Source: an uncultured delta proteobacterium
Lineage (GTDB): Bacteria; Myxococcota_A; Polyangia; Polyangiales; Polyangiaceae
DNA: 64,000 nt
Reading direction: 5' to 3'
NCBI GenBank assembly: GCA_963841435.1
Contig: CAWJCS010000005.1
Location: forward strand, 320,001 to 384,000
The notes under the pieces: model-generated
Told to the model about the DNA's origin: nothing
The model's database searches: none
What the model saw: the letters and a program-made list of their open reading frames with translations, nothing else
Part shown: piece after piece, positions 10,831 to 21,702 of the stretch
How positions within the stretch are numbered: the stretch's first letter is position 1
Layout of the letters: each line of letters opens with the position of its first letter
Program-made: the position numbers and the translations under genes

Positions 10831-11784
10831 ATGCATCGCTCGATCACCACGACGATACCCAGCCCGCTCGACCTCACCTCGCGACTGCTCGCTGCATTCG
10901 TGCTCGCCCTACTGGCGGCGCCGGCGTGTGGCCACTCCGAATCTCCGCTCGCGGGGTCGAACCAATCGCTGGCGCCGGACGAGCGGCTCTTCCAGGACGG
11001 TCTCGCGCTCTACGACCAGAAAAGCTACGCGCCGGCTCAAGCCAAGTTCGACGAGCTGCTCGCCACGTACCCCTCCTCCAAGCGCCGGGACAACGCGGGC
11101 TACCTCGCGGGCCGGTGCCGCTACGAGCTCGGCGCCTATCAGGACGCCATCGTCGTGCTCGAAAGCATGCTCGTCGAGGCGCCAGGCTCACCCTTCGCCG
11201 ACGCCGCGCACTATTTCGTCGGTCGTTCGCGCTACCAGCTCGGTGCGTACGCGGCGTCAACGGCCGATTTTCGAGCCTCTTTGAGCGCGGATCCCCAGGG
11301 GGTCTTCGCCGACAACGCGCAGTATTACGTCGGCCGGTCGCTCTACGAAGCGATGGACTACGTGACGGCCAAGGCCGAGCTCGCCAAGGTCGAGGTCGCC
11401 TACCCCCAGAGCTCGTACGTCAACAACGCGCGCTACTACCTCGGTCGCTGCGACTACGATCAGCACAGCTATCAAAGCGCGGCGACGGCGCTCGCGCGAG
11501 TGCTGGAAGTCCCGGGGTCGAGCTACGCGGACGACGCGAGCTACTACATCGGCCGCTCGCACTACGCGCTCGGGGACCTCGCGACGGCTCTCGCTGACTT
11601 CGAAAAGCTCCTCGGCGACTTCGCCTCCAGCCAGTATCGCGACAACACCGAGTACTACCTGGTCCGCATTCACGTCGATCGGGGCGACTGCGCTGCGGTG
11701 GACGGCCTCGTGCAGACGCTCGCATCCGAGGGCAGCCCCTACGAACAACAGGCTCAGGACTACGCGGCGGTGAACGGGTGCTGA
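10831..11784 (+). CDS. TPR lipoprotein (BamD/CpoB-like 37-aa repeats), paralog 1
   Basis: Lipobox-like LAAPAC; repeats of YPxSxxxDNAxYYxGRxxY. Confidence 0.8.
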   Translation: MHRSITTTIPSPLDLTSRLLAAFVLALLAAPACGHSESPLAGSNQSLAPDERLFQDGLALYDQKSYAPAQAKFDELLATYPSSKRRDNAGYLAGRCRYELGAYQDAIVVLESMLVEAPGSPFADAAHYFVGRSRYQLGAYAASTADFRASLSADPQGVFADNAQYYVGRSLYEAMDYVTAKAELAKVEVAYPQSSYVNNARYYLGRCDYDQHSYQSAATALARVLEVPGSSYADDASYYIGRSHYALGDLATALADFEKLLGDFASSQYRDNTEYYLVRIHVDRGDCAAVDGLVQTLASEGSPYEQQAQDYAAVNGC

Positions 11785-11839
11785 CCCGAACCGTCGCCAA
11801 CCAACGTTTCACATCGACCTTGTCTTCGGAGGAATCTTC

Positions 11840-12967
11840 ATGAAAACCACCATCAATACGAGCTCGGTCATCATCTTGGGCCTCGCGCTGCTTCGCTGCG
11901 GCGGCGACGGCTCGGGCGGCGGTGCCTTCTCGAACCCGGTCGCAAGCGGCTCGGGTGCCAGCGCGGGCGCCGGGGGCACGGGCGGAGCCGGCGGCAGTCA
12001 GGCAGGCAACGCCGGGAGCGGCAACGCGGGCTCGTCCGGTCAGGCGAGCGGCGGCGCTTCCGGCTCCGGCGGCGGGGGAGCCGGCGGCACCGCGGGAACG
12101 GGTGCTGCAGCGGGAACGGGTGCGGCCGCAGGCGCGGCGGGGAGCACCGCAACGACGCCCGACGAAGCGCTGTTCCAGGAAGGGCTCGCGCTCTACAACG
12201 CCGGTGACTACGCCGGCGCGCAGGCCAAGTTCGACGAGCTCCTCGCCACCTACCCGGATTCCATCCGACACGACAACGCCGGGTATCTCGCCGGACGCTG
12301 TCGCTACGAGCTCGGCGCCTATGCGGACGCCATCACGGCGCTCGAGGCCATGATAGCCGCCCATCCGACCTCGCCTTTCGTGGATCAGGCAGACTACATC
12401 ATCGGTCGATCGCGCTTTCAGCTCGGCCAGTACGCCGAAAGCACGGCTGACTTTCGGGCGAGCCTCGCCGCCGACCCGGCGGGCGTGTTCGCCGACAACG
12501 CACAGTACTACGTCGGTCGCTCGCTCTACGAGGCCATGGACTACGCGGGCGCGAAAACCGAGCTCGCAAAAGTAGAAACCGACTTTCCGACGAGCAGCTA
12601 CGTGGACAACGCTCGCTACTACATCGGACGTTCCGACTTCGATCAGCAAAACTACGCGGCCGCGGCGACCGAGCTCGCGCTGGTGCTCGATATCGCGGGC
12701 TCCAGCTACCTCGACGACGCCTCTTACTACATTGCGCGCTCGCACTACGCCCTCGGCGACCTCGGAACGGCGCTCACCGAGCTCGAGGCGCTCGTGTCCG
12801 ACTACCCGACGAGTCAGTACGTTGACAACTCGCAGTACTACCAAGTTCGCATTCACGTGGACCAGAATGCCTGCTCCGCCGCGGACCCCCTGATCAGCAC
12901 CCTCACGAGCTCGGGAAGCTCGCTCGCCGCGAACGCGCAGAGTTACTACACGGCCGGTGGCTGCTAG
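11840..12967 (+). CDS. TPR lipoprotein with Gly-rich linker, paralog 2
   Basis: GGAGGA RBS; LALLRC; Gly/Ser linker; TPR block colinear with the previous gene. Confidence 0.82.
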   Translation: MKTTINTSSVIILGLALLRCGGDGSGGGAFSNPVASGSGASAGAGGTGGAGGSQAGNAGSGNAGSSGQASGGASGSGGGGAGGTAGTGAAAGTGAAAGAAGSTATTPDEALFQEGLALYNAGDYAGAQAKFDELLATYPDSIRHDNAGYLAGRCRYELGAYADAITALEAMIAAHPTSPFVDQADYIIGRSRFQLGQYAESTADFRASLAADPAGVFADNAQYYVGRSLYEAMDYAGAKTELAKVETDFPTSSYVDNARYYIGRSDFDQQNYAAAATELALVLDIAGSSYLDDASYYIARSHYALGDLGTALTELEALVSDYPTSQYVDNSQYYQVRIHVDQNACSAADPLISTLTSSGSSLAANAQSYYTAGGC

Positions 12968-14333
12968 CTCGCGCCACGCGCGGCTCTTCGGCCTCGCGGT
13001 CGCGGTGCTGCTCGTGACGGGGAGCGCGCGGGCCGAAACAGCCGAGCCTGCGTCCGCCGAGAGCCCGGCCGGCCAAGCCGCACCCACGGCATCGGACACG
13101 AAGACCCACTCCAGCAAGAAACCGCATCACAAGCCGCACCGTGGGAAGAAAAAAAAGCCGACCTCGGCCAAGCCGCACCGCGTCCGCCGCAAGCGTCAGA
13201 CACTCGGATTCGTCGTGCGGACACGCGTGACGAGCGGATGGCTCCACGGTCGCGGGATCCGGCGCTTCGACGCGGCGTTCCTCGAGACGAGGCTCTTCGC
13301 CATGCCGAAGTTGCGTTTGAAGAACGTCTCGTTGTGGGCGCCGCTCGCTTACAGTCAGCGCACGACGGCCCCGTCCGTCGTGCCGGAGACGCGTGGCAGC
13401 GCCGGGTTGGAAGGACAATGGCGAGTGGTTCCCAGCGTCGCGCTATCGGGCGGGGCCGGCGCGCACGGCGCCTTCCGACCGAGCTGGCCCGACCCCTATC
13501 AGCCGCTTCTGGACGGCAAGCTCGGGACGAGCAACCGCGCCAGCTACTTCGCGAGGGACCTCGAGGTCGGCACGGCGCTCGGACGACGCCGTACGGTCGA
13601 GCTTCACTACGAGTACACCCTGATCGACGGCACCGACGACCCGACCTTCGAGCCCATCGAGCGACCTTCCCACCTGGTTCCCGCGGACCGCGACGAGCAT
13701 CGGGCGGGAGCGGAGCTGCATCTCCGCGTCGGCGCGTGCACGCTGGAGCCGTCGTTCGAGTTTTCGCGGCGACACTACTTCTTCGAGTTTGCGCGCGACC
13801 GCTTCACGGGTGCGACGCACGCCGCCGCGGGTGGCCCGCCTCCGAACCCCCTGCTCGTCCTCGATCGCTTGCAACCCGCCGCCGAGGCCACCTGCGGCGA
13901 GCGCTCCCGAGAGCTCGCCGTGCGCTTCGTGTACGACGTGATGATCGACGAGTTCGAGGGCTACGCGTCGTACCAGGGGCCACGCGCCACCCTCCGGGGC
14001 AGCACGCGCGTCACCCACCGACTCGAGCTCGAGGGCACCGTCAACGCAAGCTACTGGCGCTACGGGGCAGGCAGCTACCGCCCCGAGCCCCACGAGCCCC
14101 CACTCGAATACGGCTCTCGGCGTAGCGATCGACGACTGCGCGCGTCGCTCGACACGGCCCTCGATCTAGGTGCAGGTTTCACTGCGTTTTTCGAAGCGAA
14201 CGTCAGCGCTCGACGAACGAACTTTCCGGACTACGTTCCCGGCGTGTTCCCGCGCGGCGCCGCGTATCGCATCGACTGGGACTACGTCAACTACGGCCTC
14301 GGCATCGGCCTCCGCTACCGCGCGGCTCGCTAG
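12957..14333 (+). CDS. Putative outer-membrane beta-barrel protein
   Basis: Signal peptide, amphipathic beta-strand pattern, C-terminal YGLGIGLRY. Confidence 0.6.
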   Translation: MAASSRHARLFGLAVAVLLVTGSARAETAEPASAESPAGQAAPTASDTKTHSSKKPHHKPHRGKKKKPTSAKPHRVRRKRQTLGFVVRTRVTSGWLHGRGIRRFDAAFLETRLFAMPKLRLKNVSLWAPLAYSQRTTAPSVVPETRGSAGLEGQWRVVPSVALSGGAGAHGAFRPSWPDPYQPLLDGKLGTSNRASYFARDLEVGTALGRRRTVELHYEYTLIDGTDDPTFEPIERPSHLVPADRDEHRAGAELHLRVGACTLEPSFEFSRRHYFFEFARDRFTGATHAAAGGPPPNPLLVLDRLQPAAEATCGERSRELAVRFVYDVMIDEFEGYASYQGPRATLRGSTRVTHRLELEGTVNASYWRYGAGSYRPEPHEPPLEYGSRRSDRRLRASLDTALDLGAGFTAFFEANVSARRTNFPDYVPGVFPRGAAYRIDWDYVNYGLGIGLRYRAAR

Positions 14334-14356
14334 CGAGGCAATCCGATAATCGGCGC

Positions 14357-14557
14357 TCAGAAGAGCTTGCCGGCGAGGCCCTTGATCTGGTCGACGGCGC
14401 CGGAGACGGCGTTGCCGGTGAGAGCACCTTCGACGGGGCCCTTGAGAGGCTCGGGGAGCTTCTCCGCCAGAAAGCCACGGACCACGTCCGCGACCTTCTT
14501 GGCCTGGTCCTCGTTCAGATTGGCCTGAGAAATCAACCGCGTGATGAGCTCGCTCAT
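14357..14557 (-). CDS. Small hypothetical protein (66 aa)
   Basis: Protein-like helical ORF MSELITRLISQANL...GLAGKLF. Confidence 0.7.
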   Translation of the reverse strand: MSELITRLISQANLNEDQAKKVADVVRGFLAEKLPEPLKGPVEGALTGNAVSGAVDQIKGLAGKLF

Positions 14558-14678
14558 GCGTCGGGCCTACGCGCGTCTCGCGTCGCGGGCAACCCACTTT
14601 CGAAAGGCACCCACGACCCGGTCGTCACGTGTGCGTCAAGTGAGGCCCGCGCGGCGCTTTCAGCCGCCCCGTGCGCCG

Positions 14679-14930
14679 CTACGAATCTTCACGCTCGTGC
14701 GCGTGACGAACCGCTTCGAGCAGCGCCGGGGCGAGCTTCTTTTTTTCGAGCACGAGCTTGCCGTCGTGAGCCGAGTGGATCTCGGGAGCGGAGAGAGTGA
14801 AGTCTCCCGTGCCCTCGACGTAGACGACGACGTAGTCGGCCCCCACCTCGCGCACCGCGCCAACCTCCTCGCCGCCCTCGTCGAGGTAGACCTGGGAGCC
14901 GACTGCAACCTGAAATTTCGCGTGTGGCAT
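14679..14930 (-). CDS. Small hypothetical protein (83 aa)
   Basis: GGAGA RBS before MPHAKFQVAVG; protein-like composition. Confidence 0.65.
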   Translation of the reverse strand: MPHAKFQVAVGSQVYLDEGGEEVGAVREVGADYVVVYVEGTGDFTLSAPEIHSAHDGKLVLEKKKLAPALLEAVRHAHEREDS

Positions 14931-15064
14931 GCTTCTCCGTCGATGAAGGGGGATCGTCGCCTCACTCGCGCGGGGCGTTGGCGGCAGACAAGCGCGGCGG
15001 CGGCACGAAGGGAAGCGCCAAGCACCGCGAGCGAGACGGCCGCTCCCATCTCGCGAGACTTGGG

Positions 15065-17876
15065 CTAAGGGGCCGTTCCCTCGAAGTAGAGTCGCGCGCG
15101 GTCGAGCGCCTCCGTGCCGACCTCGGCGCCCACACGCCGTCCGTCGAAGTCGTCGGGGCGTACGTGGATGCCACCCCAGAGCCGCGACTGCCCGGCCTGG
15201 TCGGAGGCGTCGAAGTAGGTGGCCCACCGAAGGTCGAGCGGGGCGCTCGGACCGCTCTCGAAGTAGAGGTAGCCGGGCTCGAAGTGGTAGCTGCCGAGCC
15301 CGCCCGGAAAGGCGTCCGAGCCCGTGATGCCCGCGAGGACGACGGCGGCCGCACGGCTGAAGGTGCTGTGCCCCGAGATGTAGCCGGGGAAGGCAGGGGT
15401 AACGAAGGTGCGGCGCTGATACGGGATCCACTCCAGGGCACGCACCCAGCCGACGCCGCCGATTTCGGTGTTGCGATCGCCGGGCTCCCCGCGCCACGAG
15501 CGCACGGCGATCTCCCCGACGTAGCGCCGGAGTGCCGCGTGGCGCTCACCGGGCGCCGAGCTTTCGTCGGTGATGACCTCGATCAAGCCATCGATGAGCG
15601 GGAGGCCTTCGGGGTCGTAGGAGGGGCCGCCCGGGTCGGTGCGCTGCCCGCGCTCGGCCATGTAGCGGATCAGCGTGATGGGGCGCGACGACAGGTACGT
15701 GCGCTTGAGCTCCCAGGCCGCGATCGCGGCGTCGTGCACCGCGCCGTTGAGCGCGAGGTAGACGTGCACGTCCCAGCTCAGCGCGTCGACCTCGTCGCCT
15801 TTCCCGAACAATCGCCGGTGAAGCTCGGGCGAATCGGCGACCAGGTTCGCGATGGTGTTCCAGTGCCCTGGCGGGGTCTCCGAGGTGGGACCGTCCGCCC
15901 AGAACTCGGCCATCACGCGGCCGAAGTCACTGCGGGGCACGAGCTCGGGCGGGTAGGGCTCGCCCGTGACGGGGTTTTCGGCACGGCCGTGGCCGTCGTT
16001 CTGGCCGAGGGAGTTGTTGCCGAGAGCACCGGGCGAGATGTCGATCTCGGTCGGGTCTTCGGTGTCGAGCTCGGAGGAACGGCGGATGGTTTCGACGGCG
16101 GCGTCCACGAGCGTGTCGTCCAGCTCGAGCGGCGGCGTGCCGATGTCGAGGTAAGGCTCGCCCTCGGCGGGGCGCTGCATCGCGAAGGGAGTGACGCTTC
16201 GCCAGTGCGCTCCGATGTACGGCTGCGCGCCCGCGTCGGCCGGGATCCCGTTCTGGGTCTCGGCCTTCGCGAGCACGAGCCGCTGCCAAACGCTCGGATC
16301 GACCGCGTCCGTCCCGGGGCGATCGATCACCAGGTTCGGCGTGTCGGGGAAGTAGTCGTCGGGATCGGCGTAGTCGTTCGCCTCGTTCGCGCCGTCGTCC
16401 GCGAAGGCATCGATGACGGCGAGCCCGACGCGATTGCCGAGCGCGCGCGGCGTGTCGCCCTGGTCCTCGAGGTCCGACGGGTCGTAGCCGAGGCGCCGCA
16501 TGAAGGCGTCGAAGCAAGCCTCGGAAACGGCGCCGCCGACGGCCGTGGCGTAGCGGTGCGAAAGAACGCGGTACGCGGCGTAGGAAATCGCCTCGCGCCG
16601 CGCGGCGTCGAGGTCGCCGGCGTCCGCGTGCTCGTCGACGACGTAGCCCGAGGCCTGCGAGTCGTAGGCGGCCCACGCGTCCCACATGGCCACGGAAGAG
16701 TGAAACAGATTGCGGGCATGAACCGTCGGGCGTGGGGTGTCGCGACGGATCGCGTTCAGGACCTGCTCGTTCCAGCGCCGAGCGATGGAGCCCTGCGGCG
16801 CCGGGTCAACCGCTTCTTCGGGGCACGTCGGCGGCGCCGGGGGATCGGGCTCGATGACGATGGCGCCCACCGCTTTTCCGAAGTGCAGAGCGACCCCCTC
16901 GTCGAGCTCGGGCGTCAGAACGTCGCCGCCGACGGTCCACACGCCTCCCGAGGGGTCGACCCAGACGCTGTGCAGCGACTGCGCGGCCGTGAAATCGATG
17001 CCGGTGTCGAGCGGCTCGAAGGCGCCGCCTTGGCCCCTGTAGACGCTGCCGCCATAACCGACGGCCCACACCTCGCCGTCACCCGCCACCGACACGCCCT
17101 GCAAGAGCGGGGCTCGCTCGGGCGTCTCGTCGGTCAGCGTGTCGCCGGTCGCCTCGAAGAGCACGCCCCCGCTCTCACCGCCGACAATCGCCACCTTGCC
17201 GTCGGCGCAGTGCACCGTGAAGAGCGTCGCGTCGGTGCCCGATTCCACGCGCTCGAAGCCGTCGGCTGCGTTGCCCCGCAGCACGACCCCGCGCGCTCCC
17301 ACGACCCAGAACGTCAGCCGGTGACTCGCCGGATACCTTGAAGAGGCCGGGCGTGTCGCGATATTCGTCGAGCGGCAGAGAATCGGGCAGCGGCACGTCA
17401 ACGAACTTTTCGCCGTCGTAGTGCCAGACGAAACCATTTCGCGCCGCGACCGAGCCCACGAGGTAAACGTCGTCCGGCGCCGCCGCCCAGACGCCGTACA
17501 CCGTGTACCTACCGAGCCCCGGCGTGTGCACGCGCTCGAACTGCCCGTCCTCGTAGCGTAGCAGCGTGGCCCCCGACCCGCCGAAGAACACCGGCCCACC
17601 CTCGACCGCGTGGACCCACCAGAGGTCGCCGCGCATCCCGGTGTCGCGTCGCTCCCAGCGCCGCCCGTCGTAGTGGAGCACCACGGGCCCCTTGCCGTCG
17701 TCGCCGCCGCTGACCCACACGTCGTTCGGCCCCGTGCCGTGAACGCCGAGCAGCGCGGCACCCTCGGCGCGACCGACCACGCTCCAGCTCGCGGTGGCGG
17801 GCGACGACGCAGGCTCACCGTCGCCACAACCCGCCGTGGCGAGGGCCACGATCAACCCCACAAAAAGCTTCTGCAT
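15065..17876 (-). CDS. Vanadium-dependent haloperoxidase/PAP2-family lipoprotein with N-terminal repeat (propeller-like) domain; frameshift near 17310
   Basis: Three vanadate motifs KRTYLSSRP, PAFPGYISGHS and SRLWGGIHVRPDD; lipobox LATAGC; repeated LxxVWxxxxxxVWxVG units. Confidence 0.85.
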
Positions 17877-17886
17877 CGCATCCTCC

Positions 17887-18447
17887 TCAAAGATCAGCCG
17901 TGCTGAGCACGACCTGGCTCGTGTCACTCCCCGTGACCCCGTCCTGATTTTCCACCGTGACGGCGAGCAGCACGTGCAGGCCGTCGCGTTCCTCGTCGGG
18001 TCCGGTGAGCCCGCCGGTCATGACCGTCACGGGCACCAAATCGCACACCCCGTTGTCGTCGCAGAAGAACAGCTGTGGGCGAACCGGCGGCGGCGCCACA
18101 ATCTCGATGCCCGTCGTCTCGTTCGTGAGCGAGAAGCCAACGAAAGCGCGTGAGCCGAACCCCACGGTGTGCACGCCGAGCAGCACGTGCGTGCCGCCCT
18201 GCCCGAAGGTCTTCAGGCGAAGCTCGGCGCCGTCCTCGAGGGGTGCGAAGTCGAGGCCGTCGGGCCCCGCCGGGACTCCCAGCCTGACGCTCGTCAGCTC
18301 GCCTTCTCCGCCCGCACCGCCCGTGTCCTGCATTTGGGGCGCGGCCTCAGGCGGCGCGCCCGCACAACCGACGAGCAGCCAAGAGAGAAGAAGGGTGCGA
18401 GCGTGCAACACGGCAGCAGCCCAGAGCAGCAGCAGAAACCGTACCAC
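17887..18447 (-). CDS. Hypothetical lipoprotein
   Basis: LLVGC lipobox; 10 bp upstream of the haloperoxidase gene; start codon uncertain. Confidence 0.6.
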   Translation of the reverse strand: MVRFLLLLWAAAVLHARTLLLSWLLVGCAGAPPEAAPQMQDTGGAGGEGELTSVRLGVPAGPDGLDFAPLEDGAELRLKTFGQGGTHVLLGVHTVGFGSRAFVGFSLTNETTGIEIVAPPPVRPQLFFCDDNGVCDLVPVTVMTGGLTGPDEERDGLHVLLAVTVENQDGVTGSDTSQVVLSTADL

Positions 18448-18448
18448 C

Positions 18449-18464
18449 TGGCACCTTCCTTGCT
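18449..18464 (+). promoter_or_regulatory. Putative sigma54 -24/-12 promoter
   Basis: TGGCACCTTCCTTGCT matches TGGCAC-N5-TTGC exactly, about 110 bp upstream of ATG 18577. Confidence 0.55.
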
Positions 18465-18576
18465 CCTAGAGCCAAGCGTGGGTTTTTCGAGCGGATCCTG
18501 TGCCGCAATGTGCCAAACGCGGCAGGTCCGCGCCTTGGATGTCCGGGTGGATCCGGTTTCTGGAAGGACTTGAGTC

Positions 18577-20449
18577 ATGAACCTCGGAGTCAAATCGCTC
18601 TTGGTCGGCTCGGCGCTCGCCGGTGTCCTTTCGAGCGGCACGACCGCCTCTGCTTGCGGCGGATTTTTCTGCAATCAGGCCCAACCCGTGAATCAGGCGG
18701 CCGAGCGCATCATTTTCGCCGACAACGGGAACGACACGCAGACGGCCGTCATCGAGATCATGTACGAGGGCCCCTCGGAGAGCTTCTCGTGGCTGCTCCC
18801 GATCTCGTCCGTGCCCATGGGCGACCAGATCGGCGTCGCCTCGAGCGCAGCGTTCCAGAGGCTACAGAACGCGACCAACCCACAATACACGCTGACCGTG
18901 CGCGTCGAAGGCACGTGCCTGACTCCGGGGGCGCCATCGGGGTCCGGAGGCAGCGGCGGCAGCGCGGCCATCGGTGGCAGCGCCGGTATCGGGCGGTATG
19001 AGCGGCGGCCCGCCCCCGGTCACCGTCGAAGCGAGCGGCATCGTCGGCGCGTTCGACTGGGTGGTCATCTCGCTCGACGATACCCTGACGAACCCAGCCG
19101 ACGCGGCCGCCACCTGGCTCAACGACAACGGCTACGACGTCCCCTCCGGCGCTCCCGCCCTGCTCCGCCCCTACCTCGAAGACGGGCTCTATCTGCTCGC
19201 GCTCAAGCTCACCAAGGGCTCCGACGTGGGCTCGATTCGCCCCATCATGCTCACCTACGACGCCACGCGGCCGATGATCCCCGTGAAGCTCACCGCCGTC
19301 GCCGCCAACGACGACATGGGCGTCATGACGTGGGTGCTCGGTGAAACGCGCTCGGTGCCGCAGAACTACCTCGCGCTCGAGCTCAACGAGGCGCGCATCA
19401 ACTGGTTCAACGCCTCGCAGAACTACAACTCGGTCGTGACGGCCGCGGCCGACGACGCCGGCGGGCAGGGCTTCGTCACCGAGTACGCCGAGCCGACCAC
19501 GGCGCTCGCCAACCTCATCTGGTCAACCGGCGAGGACGCTCAGTGGACGGCGTTCAGGACGGCGATTTACTCGAGCTTCAGCGAGCTCTTTCTGGCTTCC
19601 TACTACGCTTACGGCCCGTACGAAGGCTACTGGGACGCTGTGCGCACGGCGGTCACCCTGCCGGACGGCGTGCTCTTCGAGGATTTCAAGCTCTGCCCGA
19701 GCTGTTACGCCGACAACATCCAGTTCAGTCCCTCCGCGTTCATGGACTCGCTCGAGAGCGGCGTGATCGAGCCGATGCGCGCGGTCCAGAAGCTCATCGA
19801 CGCACACCCGATGATCACGCGCCTCTACACGACGATGTCCGCCGATGAGATGACGCTCGATCCCCTCTTCACGTTCAATCCCGACTTGCCCCCGGTGAGC
19901 AATTTTCACACCGCCGAGCGCATCATCGAATGCAATGCGAACGTGACGCAGTTCGAAGCTCCGTGGCGCATCGAGCTCCCCCAGGGTGGCGTGGTGCGCG
20001 GGACGGGCGCCACCGTGGGCACCTGGCCGGCGGAGTTCGCGGATCAGCCGCCGAACCGCACCATTTTGCGTCTCGGTGAGAGCGGCGAGGGCAAGGTGAT
20101 CGAAGACAACGGCGACGAGATCGACGCAGCCATCGATGCCTACAACGGCACGCTGCCGGACCCGACCGGCGAAGCGGGAGCGCCGGGGACGGGCGGCTCG
20201 ACCGCGGGGACGGGCGGCTCGAGCGGAGGCAGCGGTGGCACCACCTCGAGCGGCGGCTCCGTGAGCAAGGGCGGCTCGAGCGGCTCTAGCACCGGTGGGT
20301 CGAGCACGGGCGGCGCCGGGACGGACGTCGTCGCAGGGCCGTCCGGAGACGGCTGCTCTTGCCGGACCACGTCGCGGGGCGGCTCGAGCGGCTGGCTCGC
20401 GGCGGCTCTCGCGCTCGTCGCCGTGGCGCGCCGCCGACGTCGGCGGTGA
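18577..20449 (+). CDS. DUF2330-like surface protein with MYXO-CTERM-type tail; frameshift near 18985
   Basis: ASACGGFFC, VNQAAERIIF, MIPVKLTAVAA, ITRLYTTMS; tail GCSC...WLAAALALVAVARRRRR. Confidence 0.8.
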
Positions 20450-20451
20450 GC

Positions 20452-21204
20452 ATGCGGACGAGCGAAGGTTCGGACGAGCAGCGTTTTCGCAGCGTTGGTT
20501 CCGTCGCTCGGCTCGGGCTGTCCCTGGCGACCGCTTGCCTTGCGGTCGCCACGGCGTGCGGTGGTGGAGGTCGAGCCGTCGAGAATTCGCCCGCTCCGGG
20601 GGATGGGGGCTCCGGAGGATCCGGCGGGGGCAGCGCAGGTCACGGTGGCGTTGGTGGCACGACGGGTGGCGCCGGAGCCACCGGAGGGACGGCGGGCGGG
20701 GGAAGCGGGGGAAGCTCGGGGAGCAACACGGGCGCGTGCCCGAGCACAGCACCAGCGGTGGGTGCGGCATGCGACCCCCAAGCGCTCGTGTGCACCTTCG
20801 GGGCATCACCCTTTCCAGAATGCCGCGACCAGCGCGTCTGCTTCGCAGGGAAATGGTCGGACGGAGTCGCTCCCGGCACCTGTCGGGAGACGCCCGTCAG
20901 CGTTTGCCCGCCGTCGGTTCCGTCAGGCAACCCCGCGTGCGAAAGCGAAGAGCTCGGCGCGCGGTGCGCTTACGACCCGGGCACGCTCTGTACTTGCGTG
21001 AGTGAGCTCTGCGGTGGCACGGGATGCACCCAGCTCCCCTCACCTCAATGGTACTGCCAGAGCGTCTCCGCGGGTTGCCCGCCCCTCGCGCCCAACGCTG
21101 GCACGGTCTGCGACGGCACGCATCCAACCTGCGAGTACGAGTACTGCGGGCTCACGGCGCGGTGCGTCGACGGAGCTTGGATCTGGCTGTTCGGCTGCGC
21201 TTGA
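20452..21204 (+). CDS. Cys-rich lipoprotein with Gly linker and three CP-x-P-x-C repeats
   Basis: VATAC lipobox; modules CPSTAPAVGAAC, CPPSVPSGNPAC, CPPLAPNAGTVC. Confidence 0.7.
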   Translation: MRTSEGSDEQRFRSVGSVARLGLSLATACLAVATACGGGGRAVENSPAPGDGGSGGSGGGSAGHGGVGGTTGGAGATGGTAGGGSGGSSGSNTGACPSTAPAVGAACDPQALVCTFGASPFPECRDQRVCFAGKWSDGVAPGTCRETPVSVCPPSVPSGNPACESEELGARCAYDPGTLCTCVSELCGGTGCTQLPSPQWYCQSVSAGCPPLAPNAGTVCDGTHPTCEYEYCGLTARCVDGAWIWLFGCA

Positions 21205-21237
21205 GTCCCGCGCTCGGCGGCGGCTCTGGCGCAATTT

Positions 21238-21660
21238 TCAGGGCGGTGGAGCGAGCTCGACCGCCGCGCGGACGAGATCGCTGCTCGTGACGATGCCGAC
21301 CAAGCGGTTGGAGGCGTCGACGACCGGCAGGCATCCGATGCGCTTCTCCAGCATCAATCGACCGGCATCGCGAATCGACGTGCCGGGTGCCACGGTGGCC
21401 ACGTCGCGCTGCATGACGTCGCGGACGTGAAAGCGCTGCTGCAGCGTGCGGTCGGCCTCCTCGCGGTGAGGGAGCAGGTTGCTGGCGGAAAATCCGAGCA
21501 CGTCGCGCTCGGTGAGCAGCCCGACCAAGGCGCCGTCGTCGGCGACCGGCAGGTGGCGGTAACGCAAGGTGTGCATTGCCTGCAAGAGGTGCCAGAGATC
21601 CTCGTCCTCGCCAACGGTCACCACATCGCGAGTCATGATGTCTTCGACGGTCCGAGGCAT
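21238..21660 (-). CDS. CBS-domain pair protein
   Basis: VEDIMTRDVVTV...RHLPV...VGLLTERD and VRDVMQRDV...GCLPVVD...VGIVTSSD. Confidence 0.88.
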   Translation of the reverse strand: MPRTVEDIMTRDVVTVGEDEDLWHLLQAMHTLRYRHLPVADDGALVGLLTERDVLGFSASNLLPHREEADRTLQQRFHVRDVMQRDVATVAPGTSIRDAGRLMLEKRIGCLPVVDASNRLVGIVTSSDLVRAAVELAPPP

Positions 21661-21686
21661 TGCTTGAGCCATCACGCTACGAGCCA

Positions 21687-21702
21687 TGCAAGCCGCGCAC
21701 CA
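21687..21702 (-). promoter_or_regulatory. Possible sigma54 promoter for the CBS gene
   Basis: Minus strand TGGTGCGCGGCTTGCA, GG-N10-GC spacing, imperfect -24 box. Confidence 0.3.

Noticed and set aside
14924-17341. 805-aa plus-strand ORF and similar long Arg/Ala-rich ORFs
   Set aside because: Antisense or off-frame shadows of real genes, common in high-GC DNA.
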